Made by a program: the position numbers and the translations under genes
From: Clostridia bacterium
GTDB lineage: Bacteria; Bacillota; Clostridia; Oscillospirales; Acutalibacteraceae
Reading direction: 5' to 3'
DNA: 64,000 bases
Assembly (NCBI GenBank): GCA_017410585.1
Contig: JAFQQM010000001.1
Location: 7,343-71,342, forward strand
The notes under the pieces: model-generated
Seen by the model: the letters and a program-made list of their open reading frames with translations, nothing else
The model's database searches: none
Told to the model about the DNA's origin: nothing
Part shown: in pieces, positions 46,101 to 53,349 of the stretch
Position numbering within the stretch: position 1 is the stretch's first letter
How the letters are laid out: every line of letters begins with the position of its first letter

Positions 46101-49100
46101 CAAAAATATCTTTGCCATCAAGGTAATGAACGGCGTTTCCGAAGCCGGTCTGATCTTCGACGGTAAGTGGACCACCGCCAGCGGTGCGAGCGTGTCGATC
46201 GTTTCGATCAACGACGAGAGCATCCGTGCGACCAAGACCAACGATCCGGGTAACATCCGCGTTGAACCGCAGGATGACGCCAAGGGCAACAAGTGGTATG
46301 CGCTGGATTACGAGATGACCCTGACCGACGAGCCGGTTGCCGAGAAATGGTCGCTGACCCGTTCCTTCGGTGTGCCGCCGTGCCAGCCGTGGGGCAACAT
46401 CTTCTATACCTCCTCGCTGTACAGCCACAACTCCATCGAGATCACCAACTTGGTGGGGGACAACGCCACCGTTACCGACGGCGTGTACGAGTTTGAGATG
46501 AGTTTGATCCTCAAGGAAAAACTCACTTCTTCGCTGCCGCTCAAAGCGACCATCTGGGTCAAGAACTCGGTCAACCAAGCCTCTTCCGGCAGCCTCGTAC
46601 CGGTGACCAACACCGATATGACCGCGTGGCCGGTGGGTCAGGAATTCACCGTCAAGTTCCGTATGCGCGTGCCGTCCTACCTTGAGAGCGGACGCTATAC
46701 GTTGCAATGGGACGATACCTATATCAGCATCTCCAACAGCGATATCACCGACGGCAAATTCATCAGTTTCCGCCTGATCAACGAGACTTCTTCGGATGAA
46801 AAGACGGTGGCGGAGATGCAGATGTTTAACGGCGCTCCGACTATGATCGTCAACGGGGAGCCGGTGTCCTTCTGGGCGTATTCCCGTCCCGACTACAACC
46901 AGTTCACTTGGGATCACGAAGCGGCGATGATCAATTCCGGTATGGAAGTGTACGTCGTCCGTCAGGGCGGTCTGGGTAAGAACTCGCTGGATTTCTGCTG
47001 GCCGGCCGACGGCGTTGTGGACTACGACGCATTTGACGACCCGATCTACGAGACGCTCTCCAATAATCCCGATGCCTACCTGTGTGTGCAGGTCGGTGTC
47101 TTCGCTCCGGAATGGTGGTTTGACGCCCATCCGGAAGACCGCGTACTGTGCAGTACGGCGGACGGTTTCAACCGCTATGCGGAATCCAACTCCTTCGCGT
47201 CCGAGACCTTCAACGTCGCGGCCGGCGAAGTGGTGCGCAAACTGATGGAACACATGAAGGAGCAAAGTTATTACTCCCGCGTGATCGACATTCAGGTCAC
47301 CTGCGCCACTTCGTTTGAAGGTATGTATTGGAGTTCCCAATCGCTTACGCAGTTTGCCGACTACAGCGAGCCGTTCATCAAGGGCTTCCAGAAATGGCTG
47401 GAGCAGAAGTACGGCACGGTGGAGGCTCTGCAGAAGGCGTGGGGGGACAACACCATCACCACCTTCTACGACTACGAGGACTACGATTGGTCCCAGTGGA
47501 GCGAATGGGTCAAGCAGGGCTATTCCGAGATCGAACGCTGGCGGATGGTCCTGCCCGAGTGGGAAGACCATATCAAGGACGTTCGTATCCGTCCGCTGAC
47601 CTATCCGGAGCAGGTGGCATACATCGAAGCCTCCGGCAATAACGGCACCTTCCTCAATATGAGTAAGGGTGTCGAACAGCAGATTCAGGATAGCAACGAC
47701 TACCTGATGGAGACCATCACCGATGCCTACCTCTACTGGGGCGGTATCGTGGATGAAGTGCTGGAAGGCGAAAAACTGATGAGTTGCTACAACGGCTACC
47801 TGTTCGCCGGTGCCGGCGCGCAGGATATTCCGTCCCAGCACACCGCCTTTACCCGCTTGCTGGAGTCCGGTCTGTACGATATGTTCGTCTCGCCGGCTTC
47901 GTATGCCGAGCGTGACCTCGGCACCTCGGATACCTTTATGGGCGCGCAGGATACCATCCAGTCCTACGGTAAGATGGCCATCATCGAGGAAGACCACCGT
48001 TCCAGCCTCAACCGCCCCTTCGGTGCGGCATGGGATGCGGGTGACGACCTCGGTGTCGGCGCTACCCGTACGATGGAAGAATTCCTGCAGCAGGTCAAGA
48101 AAAACACCGCCAACGCCATGGTCAACGGCAACGGCGTGTGGATGTTTGATATGCAAGGCGGCTGGTACGATGACGACCAGTTCTATCAACTGTCGCAGGA
48201 GATCAAGGAGGAATGGGATATTTCCCAGTTCCTCGATAAGGATCTCACCTCGGAGGTCGCTTACTATATCGACGAAGATATGACCACCTATTTTGTTCGT
48301 GACTTTACCGGCAAGACGGCACAGCAGATGGTGTACAGCGGTTTCCGTATGCAGCGCAAAGAACTGCAACGTCTGGGCGACAGTTTCGACGTCTACCTGA
48401 CCTCGACGCTGGCCGCCGATAAGGTGCCGGATCACAAGATCAATATCATCTTCGGTGCGTATGAACTGACCGCCGAAGAACGTGCCGGTATCGAGCGCAA
48501 CCTGATGAAGGACGGTAAGATCGTCGTTTGGGCGTACGCCAACGGTCTCACCGACGGCAACGTCAACGACATCGAACTGATGTCCTCGCTGATCGGCATT
48601 CCGCTGGTGCTGGATGACCGCTACGGCAACGATACGGTCATCATCACCGATGAAAGCGCCGATAAGAATGCTCTCGGCTATATGACTAACGGCATCACCG
48701 GTATGGTCTACGGCGCGCAGGAATCCATCGAGCCGTACAACCAGTCCCCGATCATCTACGGCGACGCCTCGCGGATGGATAGCACCTACACCGTCCTCGG
48801 TCATATGCGGGATAACGGCGCCCCCGGTCTGATTGCCAAGGATATGGGCAACTGGACCAGCGTCTATTCCGCCGCCACGTCCATTCCGGCGGAGATGATC
48901 CGCAATCTGATGGCGATGACCGACGTGCACACCTACACCGACGACCTGTCGATGAACGTGTTCTCCAACGGGGCATACGTCACGGCGCATTCCGCTTCGG
49001 AAGGCACCAAGACCCTCAAATTGGACGGCCGCTACGCTGTCTACGACGTGTACGCGGGTGAGTTCGTGTCGATGGATACGGACACCATCACCTACGAAAA

Positions 49101-49686
49101 CACCGAAAACGATACCAAACTGTACCGCCTGACCGCCCCGAACACCTATCTGGCGGTCTCCCGTATCCGTGGCGGCCACGGCACCATCTCAACGGTCGGT
49201 GCGACCGAGGTGCCGGTCGGCGAAGGCTATTCGCTGACCGTCAAGCCGGACGACGGCTACGAGATCGACAGTATCACGGTCAACGGTGAGACGGTCAAAG
49301 CGACCGACAAACTGGACTGGGATACGCTGGAGGGCAACCTCTCGATTCTGGTCAAGTTCAAGAAGATCGCCACCCCGTCGGATGAGCCGACCCCGCCGGC
49401 AGAGGACGATACCCCGTCTGCGCCGGACAATACGCCGTCCGGCCCGTCGGACGACACGCCGGAACCCCCCTCGGACGAACCGTCCGCACCGGGTACCGAC
49501 GAACCGGAATTCTTGGAGCCGACCATCATCGAGATCATCAATAAGGTGACCCGCCTCAACTGGACGGCGGTGTTCGGTATCATCAACACGGTCGGCACCG
49601 TCGGTGTCGGCATCGGTATGCTGATCTGGTTTATCCTGTTCTTCAAGAAGAAAAAAGAGCAGGAAGAAGCGCAGAAAGGAGAATAA
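40198..49686 (+). CDS. Giant (3162 aa) secreted multi-CBM, GH42-like glycosidase-like protein with a C-terminal TM anchor
   Basis: The start is at MKRSIRAL (AAGGAGG RBS) with a signal peptide. About ten CBM4/9-like modules run from NGDFE... to ...YFDDV. Then come a galactose-binding-like domain (WVWYNED...LYVNGEEV), a TIM-barrel-like core (FQKWLEQKYGTVEALQKAWG; IIEEDHR), a Pro-rich linker and a hydrophobic helix followed by KKKK. Confidence 0.85.
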   Translation: MKRSIRALMKKGLPLLMTAVLLLGCFSMLGTAAYSSPVTNGGFEETDSLGYPIGWLLQANTAVSAVRVPAGGQSGAWLRLPAGSDVAVVETEESYALAVDPSSPYTLSFYGWAEGDLIPTVVQLQADGTGSADGNLELSAGVVSDTAEWTEREITFVTSADTVAVILRFTAIGGNAGLDGVDLQGGLYADNSSVILRPENIVYGSAVNNNLLVNGDFEDGTTKWDVSAGGSIIGAGFAHGGEGYAVLDRSGGAGTVDLFTEQFPVQPNTEYTISYWKYSEAQTQTYCTIRLCNASNGIISSSNKGTGLIATEGWQQYSWTFTTTAETRYVRIDFQHNAGTGISYIDDVTVTAAGSDENIIPNGDFENGMSKWVNGSSGGATGSVAVSVGAYAGNGALKLDRTDRGGTLYGMSNQFAVQPNTEYTVTYWEKVTAIGQAYVAVQEFGTAGHLGGTNFNVKYNTVSTPWTQKSFTFTTKANATAIRIDLYINDGAGIAYFDEVTVVPTQSIGTEPDTPDLPDDITNLVPNGDFEQQFANWQKVNDGSFGNVTMSNVAHGGDYALKLTHTGTDGQTVAVNSNLVPVEPNTEYIITYWQKIESRAQSYLLIYEHSPSSYTSLGVQNVVSQVMDWTQKSFTFTTSANTDSIRIDFNCNAYRGVVYFDDVVLCKTADLPVEEKDPDDHGGDLNLPSNATNLLANGAFDVNTNGYNLNGAASLVNKTLKLTDAVSSNYVMTTVPVKAGESYVLSFYVYVSKVTAGFDFSVAMFGNGTVNGGTVEWVVPSIKEATGDWKYVTYKWTAANTGNVQIAFKNYSSTAGGTYYLDDISVYEVIKTGNLIIDQGHDATFDKAGLAGWMLSGANVSWDSAEQAMKLDHQNMAAGETTHNAYVNVNPLLTIEPNTNYQFSWKHKTSGTPISVIILTLYNGSTQVGVKQINLSRSENWVADDWILNSGNATSLRIDLQTQGGEAPENRGILWFDDLSVRATNEAAYTGLLNGDFENATDLRFWAVLGGHPCISTSVVHAGIKALMLDRGYMTDPNNSAVSEAIAQNGIAVEGGKSYQINYFQKIVGGGQIFVKIVEYNAAGNRISNTNYNITHVTGDVDWKKMAIRFQTRTDAVAIGIELYNNLGNGIAYIDDISMTEIDSIVDPLVPQNGDFAYRDFNKWKEVSHQPTERNGQTLAGQDTVAGRFEFHEDEAGLSGIAGFSSQGFGRIESWGVMKYYDLNGQRTTSGDYFGMNSAITPIAQPNGAYAVELYLRTNAEARDRLVRVMITRYDDQNGNPVQITSAPNTVFDLRLDDTDDWQKIKVWFDGNGADYVTVTVLMFDGDSGETAVIDVDCVSMTTLSSEPIGGNYDMQIGELGGSPANWSKGGHSGSTLTLVESPSGVAGDMAAKLTYPTNDYEHTEMPYAVAMSQLVPVKAGRVYEISYWAKVNGYARTNGWLDVIQFKDAKQTSAVSGSPNGMYRQWAQYKDTSTWQKVSFTLRTTTKFAVEDIYLRLDFAIRGEGEFLFDNVSVRELTDEETAPNFDFENDLNNDDIPDTWYMSLGRDMVGYREIDDTFWHDGKQSMHIVRQSASEHGFVDSCTLFPVTAGYVYEFSYWYASCNASPEAYMRMDMYFYDENGNKLMENGAQRYVRGRQATLNGNSERDAWSQNYTRSEVPSGAVYASLQFYYTKGDSEVWVDDICVVPVMDSPATADTTFNIITHSDFHAVTSDGEIPKWSLLSDSGTADFSVVNKPEDADYDKYDNAYSYFDENQQLQTEYYDDYGRLTVTDGQHYMKYTTTGVMTNYQYQVLGRYRSDKSATAEVRFYDYKGTLIAEKTKQIDLAPTAGEWAEYNFDFIAPSHTYVSVLLGLDEAGTLETDNLLIMQTGQPLTQGAWSGKWVWYNEDPKQEAQNQYRFFRYEFELDEEITYAPLQITADDQFTLYVNGEEVCNTINTTDEWSNVQVLFLTGENDEGEEVNYLRKGKNIFAIKVMNGVSEAGLIFDGKWTTASGASVSIVSINDESIRATKTNDPGNIRVEPQDDAKGNKWYALDYEMTLTDEPVAEKWSLTRSFGVPPCQPWGNIFYTSSLYSHNSIEITNLVGDNATVTDGVYEFEMSLILKEKLTSSLPLKATIWVKNSVNQASSGSLVPVTNTDMTAWPVGQEFTVKFRMRVPSYLESGRYTLQWDDTYISISNSDITDGKFISFRLINETSSDEKTVAEMQMFNGAPTMIVNGEPVSFWAYSRPDYNQFTWDHEAAMINSGMEVYVVRQGGLGKNSLDFCWPADGVVDYDAFDDPIYETLSNNPDAYLCVQVGVFAPEWWFDAHPEDRVLCSTADGFNRYAESNSFASETFNVAAGEVVRKLMEHMKEQSYYSRVIDIQVTCATSFEGMYWSSQSLTQFADYSEPFIKGFQKWLEQKYGTVEALQKAWGDNTITTFYDYEDYDWSQWSEWVKQGYSEIERWRMVLPEWEDHIKDVRIRPLTYPEQVAYIEASGNNGTFLNMSKGVEQQIQDSNDYLMETITDAYLYWGGIVDEVLEGEKLMSCYNGYLFAGAGAQDIPSQHTAFTRLLESGLYDMFVSPASYAERDLGTSDTFMGAQDTIQSYGKMAIIEEDHRSSLNRPFGAAWDAGDDLGVGATRTMEEFLQQVKKNTANAMVNGNGVWMFDMQGGWYDDDQFYQLSQEIKEEWDISQFLDKDLTSEVAYYIDEDMTTYFVRDFTGKTAQQMVYSGFRMQRKELQRLGDSFDVYLTSTLAADKVPDHKINIIFGAYELTAEERAGIERNLMKDGKIVVWAYANGLTDGNVNDIELMSSLIGIPLVLDDRYGNDTVIITDESADKNALGYMTNGITGMVYGAQESIEPYNQSPIIYGDASRMDSTYTVLGHMRDNGAPGLIAKDMGNWTSVYSAATSIPAEMIRNLMAMTDVHTYTDDLSMNVFSNGAYVTAHSASEGTKTLKLDGRYAVYDVYAGEFVSMDTDTITYENTENDTKLYRLTAPNTYLAVSRIRGGHGTISTVGATEVPVGEGYSLTVKPDDGYEIDSITVNGETVKATDKLDWDTLEGNLSILVKFKKIATPSDEPTPPAEDDTPSAPDNTPSGPSDDTPEPPSDEPSAPGTDEPEFLEPTIIEIINKVTRLNWTAVFGIINTVGTVGVGIGMLIWFILFFKKKKEQEEAQKGE

Positions 49687-49690
49687 AACC

Positions 49691-51178
49691 ATGAAAAAAT
49701 CCATTCGAATCCTGACGCTGCTGATCGGGCTGGTCTTTCTCTTTTCCGCCACCGGTTGCAATCTGTTTATCACCGAAGAGGTAACGAGCACCTCGATCAG
49801 TTGGCCGTCCACCTCCGCTACAACGACCACCACCTCGACCGGTACCGGTGACACCACCGGTACCGGCGGGGCGGATACCCCGACCGGCAACGGTACCACC
49901 ACGGCGACCACCACGAAGACCACCGCCGGTGTACGTACCGAGCCGAAACTCTCCGGTAAACTGGAACTGCAGATCTTCACGAACGAATCCCAGACCGCCG
50001 ACGGCGGCTGGACCACCGTCATCAACGAGTTTGAGGATGCCACCGGCGTGTCGGTGACCGCCCATATCGGTTCCTCGGTCAACACGATGATGTCCGGCCG
50101 TTGGAAGAAGGACAATCCGCCGGATATGGTCTGGATCGACGGTTCGGGTATTTCCGATCTGGTGTACGAGACCTCCGGTAAGTTCTACGATATCACCTCG
50201 CTTTATGAGGACGGCTACGTTTATGGCACCAACACCCGTATCCGCGACGTCATCGACCCGAATATGATGACCCGCAATAACGGCAAGATTATGCGTATGC
50301 CGCTGTTGTCCACGGCGGGCGGCGTGTGGTACGATGCCAAGTTCTTCAAAGAGAACAACTTCACCGTCCCCAACAACTACACCGAACTGCTGACCATGGC
50401 GAAGCAGGCGAAGGCGGCGGGTTATGCGTCCTATACCTATCCGGGTATGTACGCCAGTTACTGCCTCTCCAACTTCATTATGCCGGCGGTCGCGGCTTAC
50501 GGTCAGGAGTACACCGATCAGTTCCTGTCCGGCAGTAAGGCGGCGGTAGGGGACTCCCGCTTTAAGAAGATCCTGCAAAATTACACCGACTTCTGCCGTA
50601 CCGACGGCTACCTGATGCCCAGCACCACCACCGCGGATCACACCACGGTGCAGCAGCGCTGGATCACCCACAAATGCCTGCTCATCGCCAACGGTCTGTG
50701 GTTGCCGGATGAGACCCGCAAACTGTGGGCAAAGCAGAACTTCGATATGACTTGGCATCCCTCGCCGATGATCGAAGAAGGTCAGAAACAGACGGTGCTC
50801 ATCACCGCCAAAAAGGTTGCCGTTGCTTCCAAGGCCAAGAATCTGGATAACGCGCTGGCGTTTGTCCGCTTCATTCTCCGTGAAGATTCCCAAAATACGC
50901 TGATGTATTCCTTCGGCTATATGGGTGTCCGCACCGATATGCAGTTTGACGTGCAGAAATTCGTGCGGGAAGCCGGTGGCTCGGACGCTTCGCTTTCCAC
51001 CGCGTCGGCGCTGTCGTATATCAACAGCAACAAGGTCGACCGCGTCTATTGGAACGAGAGTTGGGGTCAGTTGGGCGATATCATCGCCGCCGAACTGAAT
51101 AATCTGGCAATGAAAGGCGGCTCTGCCACGGTGGACAGCGCGCTGTCGAAGATTTTGTCGGAATGCGGTAAACCGTAA
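49691..51178 (+). CDS. ABC sugar transporter substrate-binding lipoprotein (family 1)
   Basis: Lipobox SATGC, a Thr/Gly-rich linker and an SBP_bac_1-like body. RBS is AAAGGAGA. Confidence 0.85.
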   Translation: MKKSIRILTLLIGLVFLFSATGCNLFITEEVTSTSISWPSTSATTTTTSTGTGDTTGTGGADTPTGNGTTTATTTKTTAGVRTEPKLSGKLELQIFTNESQTADGGWTTVINEFEDATGVSVTAHIGSSVNTMMSGRWKKDNPPDMVWIDGSGISDLVYETSGKFYDITSLYEDGYVYGTNTRIRDVIDPNMMTRNNGKIMRMPLLSTAGGVWYDAKFFKENNFTVPNNYTELLTMAKQAKAAGYASYTYPGMYASYCLSNFIMPAVAAYGQEYTDQFLSGSKAAVGDSRFKKILQNYTDFCRTDGYLMPSTTTADHTTVQQRWITHKCLLIANGLWLPDETRKLWAKQNFDMTWHPSPMIEEGQKQTVLITAKKVAVASKAKNLDNALAFVRFILREDSQNTLMYSFGYMGVRTDMQFDVQKFVREAGGSDASLSTASALSYINSNKVDRVYWNESWGQLGDIIAAELNNLAMKGGSATVDSALSKILSECGKP

Positions 51179-51198
51179 GAAAGGGGGAGGGTTAAACG

Positions 51199-52101
51199 AT
51201 GTTACAACAAAAACGGAAAAAAGGCTTATCCCGCTCCCAACGGGGATTTTTGTGGGCCTTCGGTATCCCGACGTTGCTTTTGTATATCTACATCTGCATC
51301 GTCCCGATGTTCTCGTCGGTGCTGGATAGTTTCTACCAGTGGGACGGCTACGGCCCCAAGACGTGGGTCGGCCTGCAAAACTACGTCGAGATCTTCTCCG
51401 ATCCGGTATTCCATACCTCGATCATCAACGACGTGTTGATCGTCTTCTTCAAAGAACTTCTCATCTGCGTTCTCGCCACCGCCTTTGCGGTGTCGCTGAC
51501 CCGTGCGAAGTTCTCCCGAGCGGAAAGCGGCGTTTACCGCTTCCTGTTCTACCTGCCGAATATCCTCTCGGTCATCGTCATCACCCGTGTGTGGAAGTTC
51601 GTGTTTGAACTGGGACTGTTCGATTCTATCCTGCAGTTGTTCGGTTTCAACTGGACTTCCCCCAACGGCTGGCTGGCCGATTATCCGCTCCCCATCATCA
51701 TTTTTGTGGCGAGTTGGTGCGGTATCGGTAGTTATATGATCATTATGATCTCCGCCATCAACAATATCTCCAAGGAGATCTACGAGGCGGCCGAGATCGA
51801 CGGAGCGGGTCAGTTCCGTCAACTGTTCTCTATCACCATCCCGACCATCCTGCCGCAGGTGCGGTATATGATCGTTTCCATCCTGACCTCCTCGCTGGCG
51901 GCCAACCTCAACTTGGTGTTGCCGTTTACGGGTGGCGGACCGGGTACCAAGTCCTATGTTATGGGCTACTACGTCTACCACGCCGCGTATACCGAGTTTG
52001 AGGTCGGCTACGCCAATGCGGCGGCGCTGTTGCTGATGCTGATCAGTGTGGTCTTGGCCGGTACGGTCAATACGCTGATCGCGCGAAAGGAGGATCGGTA
52101 A
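51199..52101 (+). CDS. Carbohydrate ABC transporter permease (MalF-like)
   Basis: Six TM segments and an EAA loop (EAAEIDGAGQFRQLFSITIP). Confidence 0.9.
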   Translation: MLQQKRKKGLSRSQRGFLWAFGIPTLLLYIYICIVPMFSSVLDSFYQWDGYGPKTWVGLQNYVEIFSDPVFHTSIINDVLIVFFKELLICVLATAFAVSLTRAKFSRAESGVYRFLFYLPNILSVIVITRVWKFVFELGLFDSILQLFGFNWTSPNGWLADYPLPIIIFVASWCGIGSYMIIMISAINNISKEIYEAAEIDGAGQFRQLFSITIPTILPQVRYMIVSILTSSLAANLNLVLPFTGGGPGTKSYVMGYYVYHAAYTEFEVGYANAAALLLMLISVVLAGTVNTLIARKEDR

Positions 52102-52103
52102 CG

Positions 52104-53255
52104 ATGGCTAATAAGACCCAATCCTACCGTGAGCCTCTGGGCAAAGCCCCTCGCATTGCGATCGGACTGTTGCTTGGACTGCAGATCATTGCTCTGCTGT
52201 TCAATATCGCTAACGGCGGCATCCGCTGGCCGGATCTGTCGCAGGGCTTGACCCCCACCGCCGTTTCCGACCTCGGCGCGGTCATCGGTCTGTTCCTGCC
52301 GGCGCTTCTGGCGATCGGCCTGCTGTTGGTGGTCACCATCCACGATGGCGTTGCCCACCGCGAAACGCCGCTCAGCGTCGTGCTTCGCTGGATCTTGCGC
52401 TTCCTGCTGATCGTGTGGTCGGCACTGGTGCTGTTTCCGGTCATCTGGATGCTGTATTCCTCGCTTCGCACGGCGATGGAGTTTATCGAAAGCCCGTGGG
52501 CGCTTCCCACCGCCTTTGATTTCTCCAACTACGTCACCGCGTGGAAGGAATCCAATTTTGCTTCCTACGTGCTCAATACGGTGCTCATCACCGGCGGCAC
52601 CACCGTGCTGTTCTTCCTGATGCTCACCACCACCTCCTACATCCTCGGCAAATACAAGTTCAAACTGAACAAGGTGTTCAACGGTTTTTACTTCGTTGCC
52701 ATGATGATCCCGTCCATCCTCGTCCTCGTCCCGCTGTATTTCCAGTTGGAAGGGGTCGGCGAGTTGGTCAACGAGATCATTCTGGCGATCACCGGCGAGG
52801 CGGGTACTTTCAGTATGACCGACAACCGCGTGGTGTTGCTGATCGTGTACGCGGTGCAGGCGTTGCCGCCGTCCATCTTCTTGGTCACCGGCTTCGTCCG
52901 TAGCATCAATAACAGTTTTCTGGAAGCCGCCTATATGGACGGCGCAGGGGAGTGGTACATCTACCAGAAGATCATTCTTCCGTTTATCAAACCGATCGTG
53001 TTGTTCCAATGCCTGACCGTGTTTATGGCGACGTGGAACGAATACACGATGGCGTTTACCTTCCTCGGCCTCACCGAAGAACACCACACCATCTCGGTCG
53101 GCCTGCAACACATCACCGAGATCTTCAGCCGCGGTCAGGAATTCGGCGTTATCTTCGCCGCTCTGACCATTTCGATGGCTCCGATTTTGGTGCTGTACGG
53201 CATCTTCCAGAAACAGATCTTAAACGGCACCGATTCCGCTGAAGGTCTGAAATAA
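52104..53255 (+). CDS. Carbohydrate ABC transporter permease (MalG-like) with an extended N-terminus
   Basis: EAA loop (EAAYMDGAGEWYIYQKIILP). It carries about 100 extra N-terminal residues with additional hydrophobic helices. Confidence 0.88.
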   Translation: MANKTQSYREPLGKAPRIAIGLLLGLQIIALLFNIANGGIRWPDLSQGLTPTAVSDLGAVIGLFLPALLAIGLLLVVTIHDGVAHRETPLSVVLRWILRFLLIVWSALVLFPVIWMLYSSLRTAMEFIESPWALPTAFDFSNYVTAWKESNFASYVLNTVLITGGTTVLFFLMLTTTSYILGKYKFKLNKVFNGFYFVAMMIPSILVLVPLYFQLEGVGELVNEIILAITGEAGTFSMTDNRVVLLIVYAVQALPPSIFLVTGFVRSINNSFLEAAYMDGAGEWYIYQKIILPFIKPIVLFQCLTVFMATWNEYTMAFTFLGLTEEHHTISVGLQHITEIFSRGQEFGVIFAALTISMAPILVLYGIFQKQILNGTDSAEGLK

Positions 53256-53276
53256 CACTTTATTTTAACGGGATTT

Positions 53277-53302
53277 CCCCGTGCTGTATGGACAGCACGG
53301 GG
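53277..53302 (+). other. Intra-operon GC-rich hairpin without a U-tract
   Basis: CCCCGTGCTGT-ATGG-ACAGCACGGGG, an 11-bp perfect stem. Confidence 0.7.
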
Positions 53303-53349
53303 ATGTCTCGCGTTTCCATTGAATTTCATTCAGAGGAGATTTGATATAA

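Noticed and set aside
40243-49179. Minus-strand ORFs of 665, 765 and 1113 aa (40243..42240, 43174..45471, 45838..49179).
   Set aside because: All three are antisense to the giant 1 gene, which has a clear signal peptide, domain repeats and an RBS. The antisense translations are Gly/Arg/Val-rich with no motifs.
53320-53333. The palindrome TGAATTTCATTCA upstream of giant 2, considered as a second LacI operator.
   Set aside because: It has odd-length symmetry without the central CG of LacI/cre sites, and it overlaps the RBS region. It is probably fortuitous.
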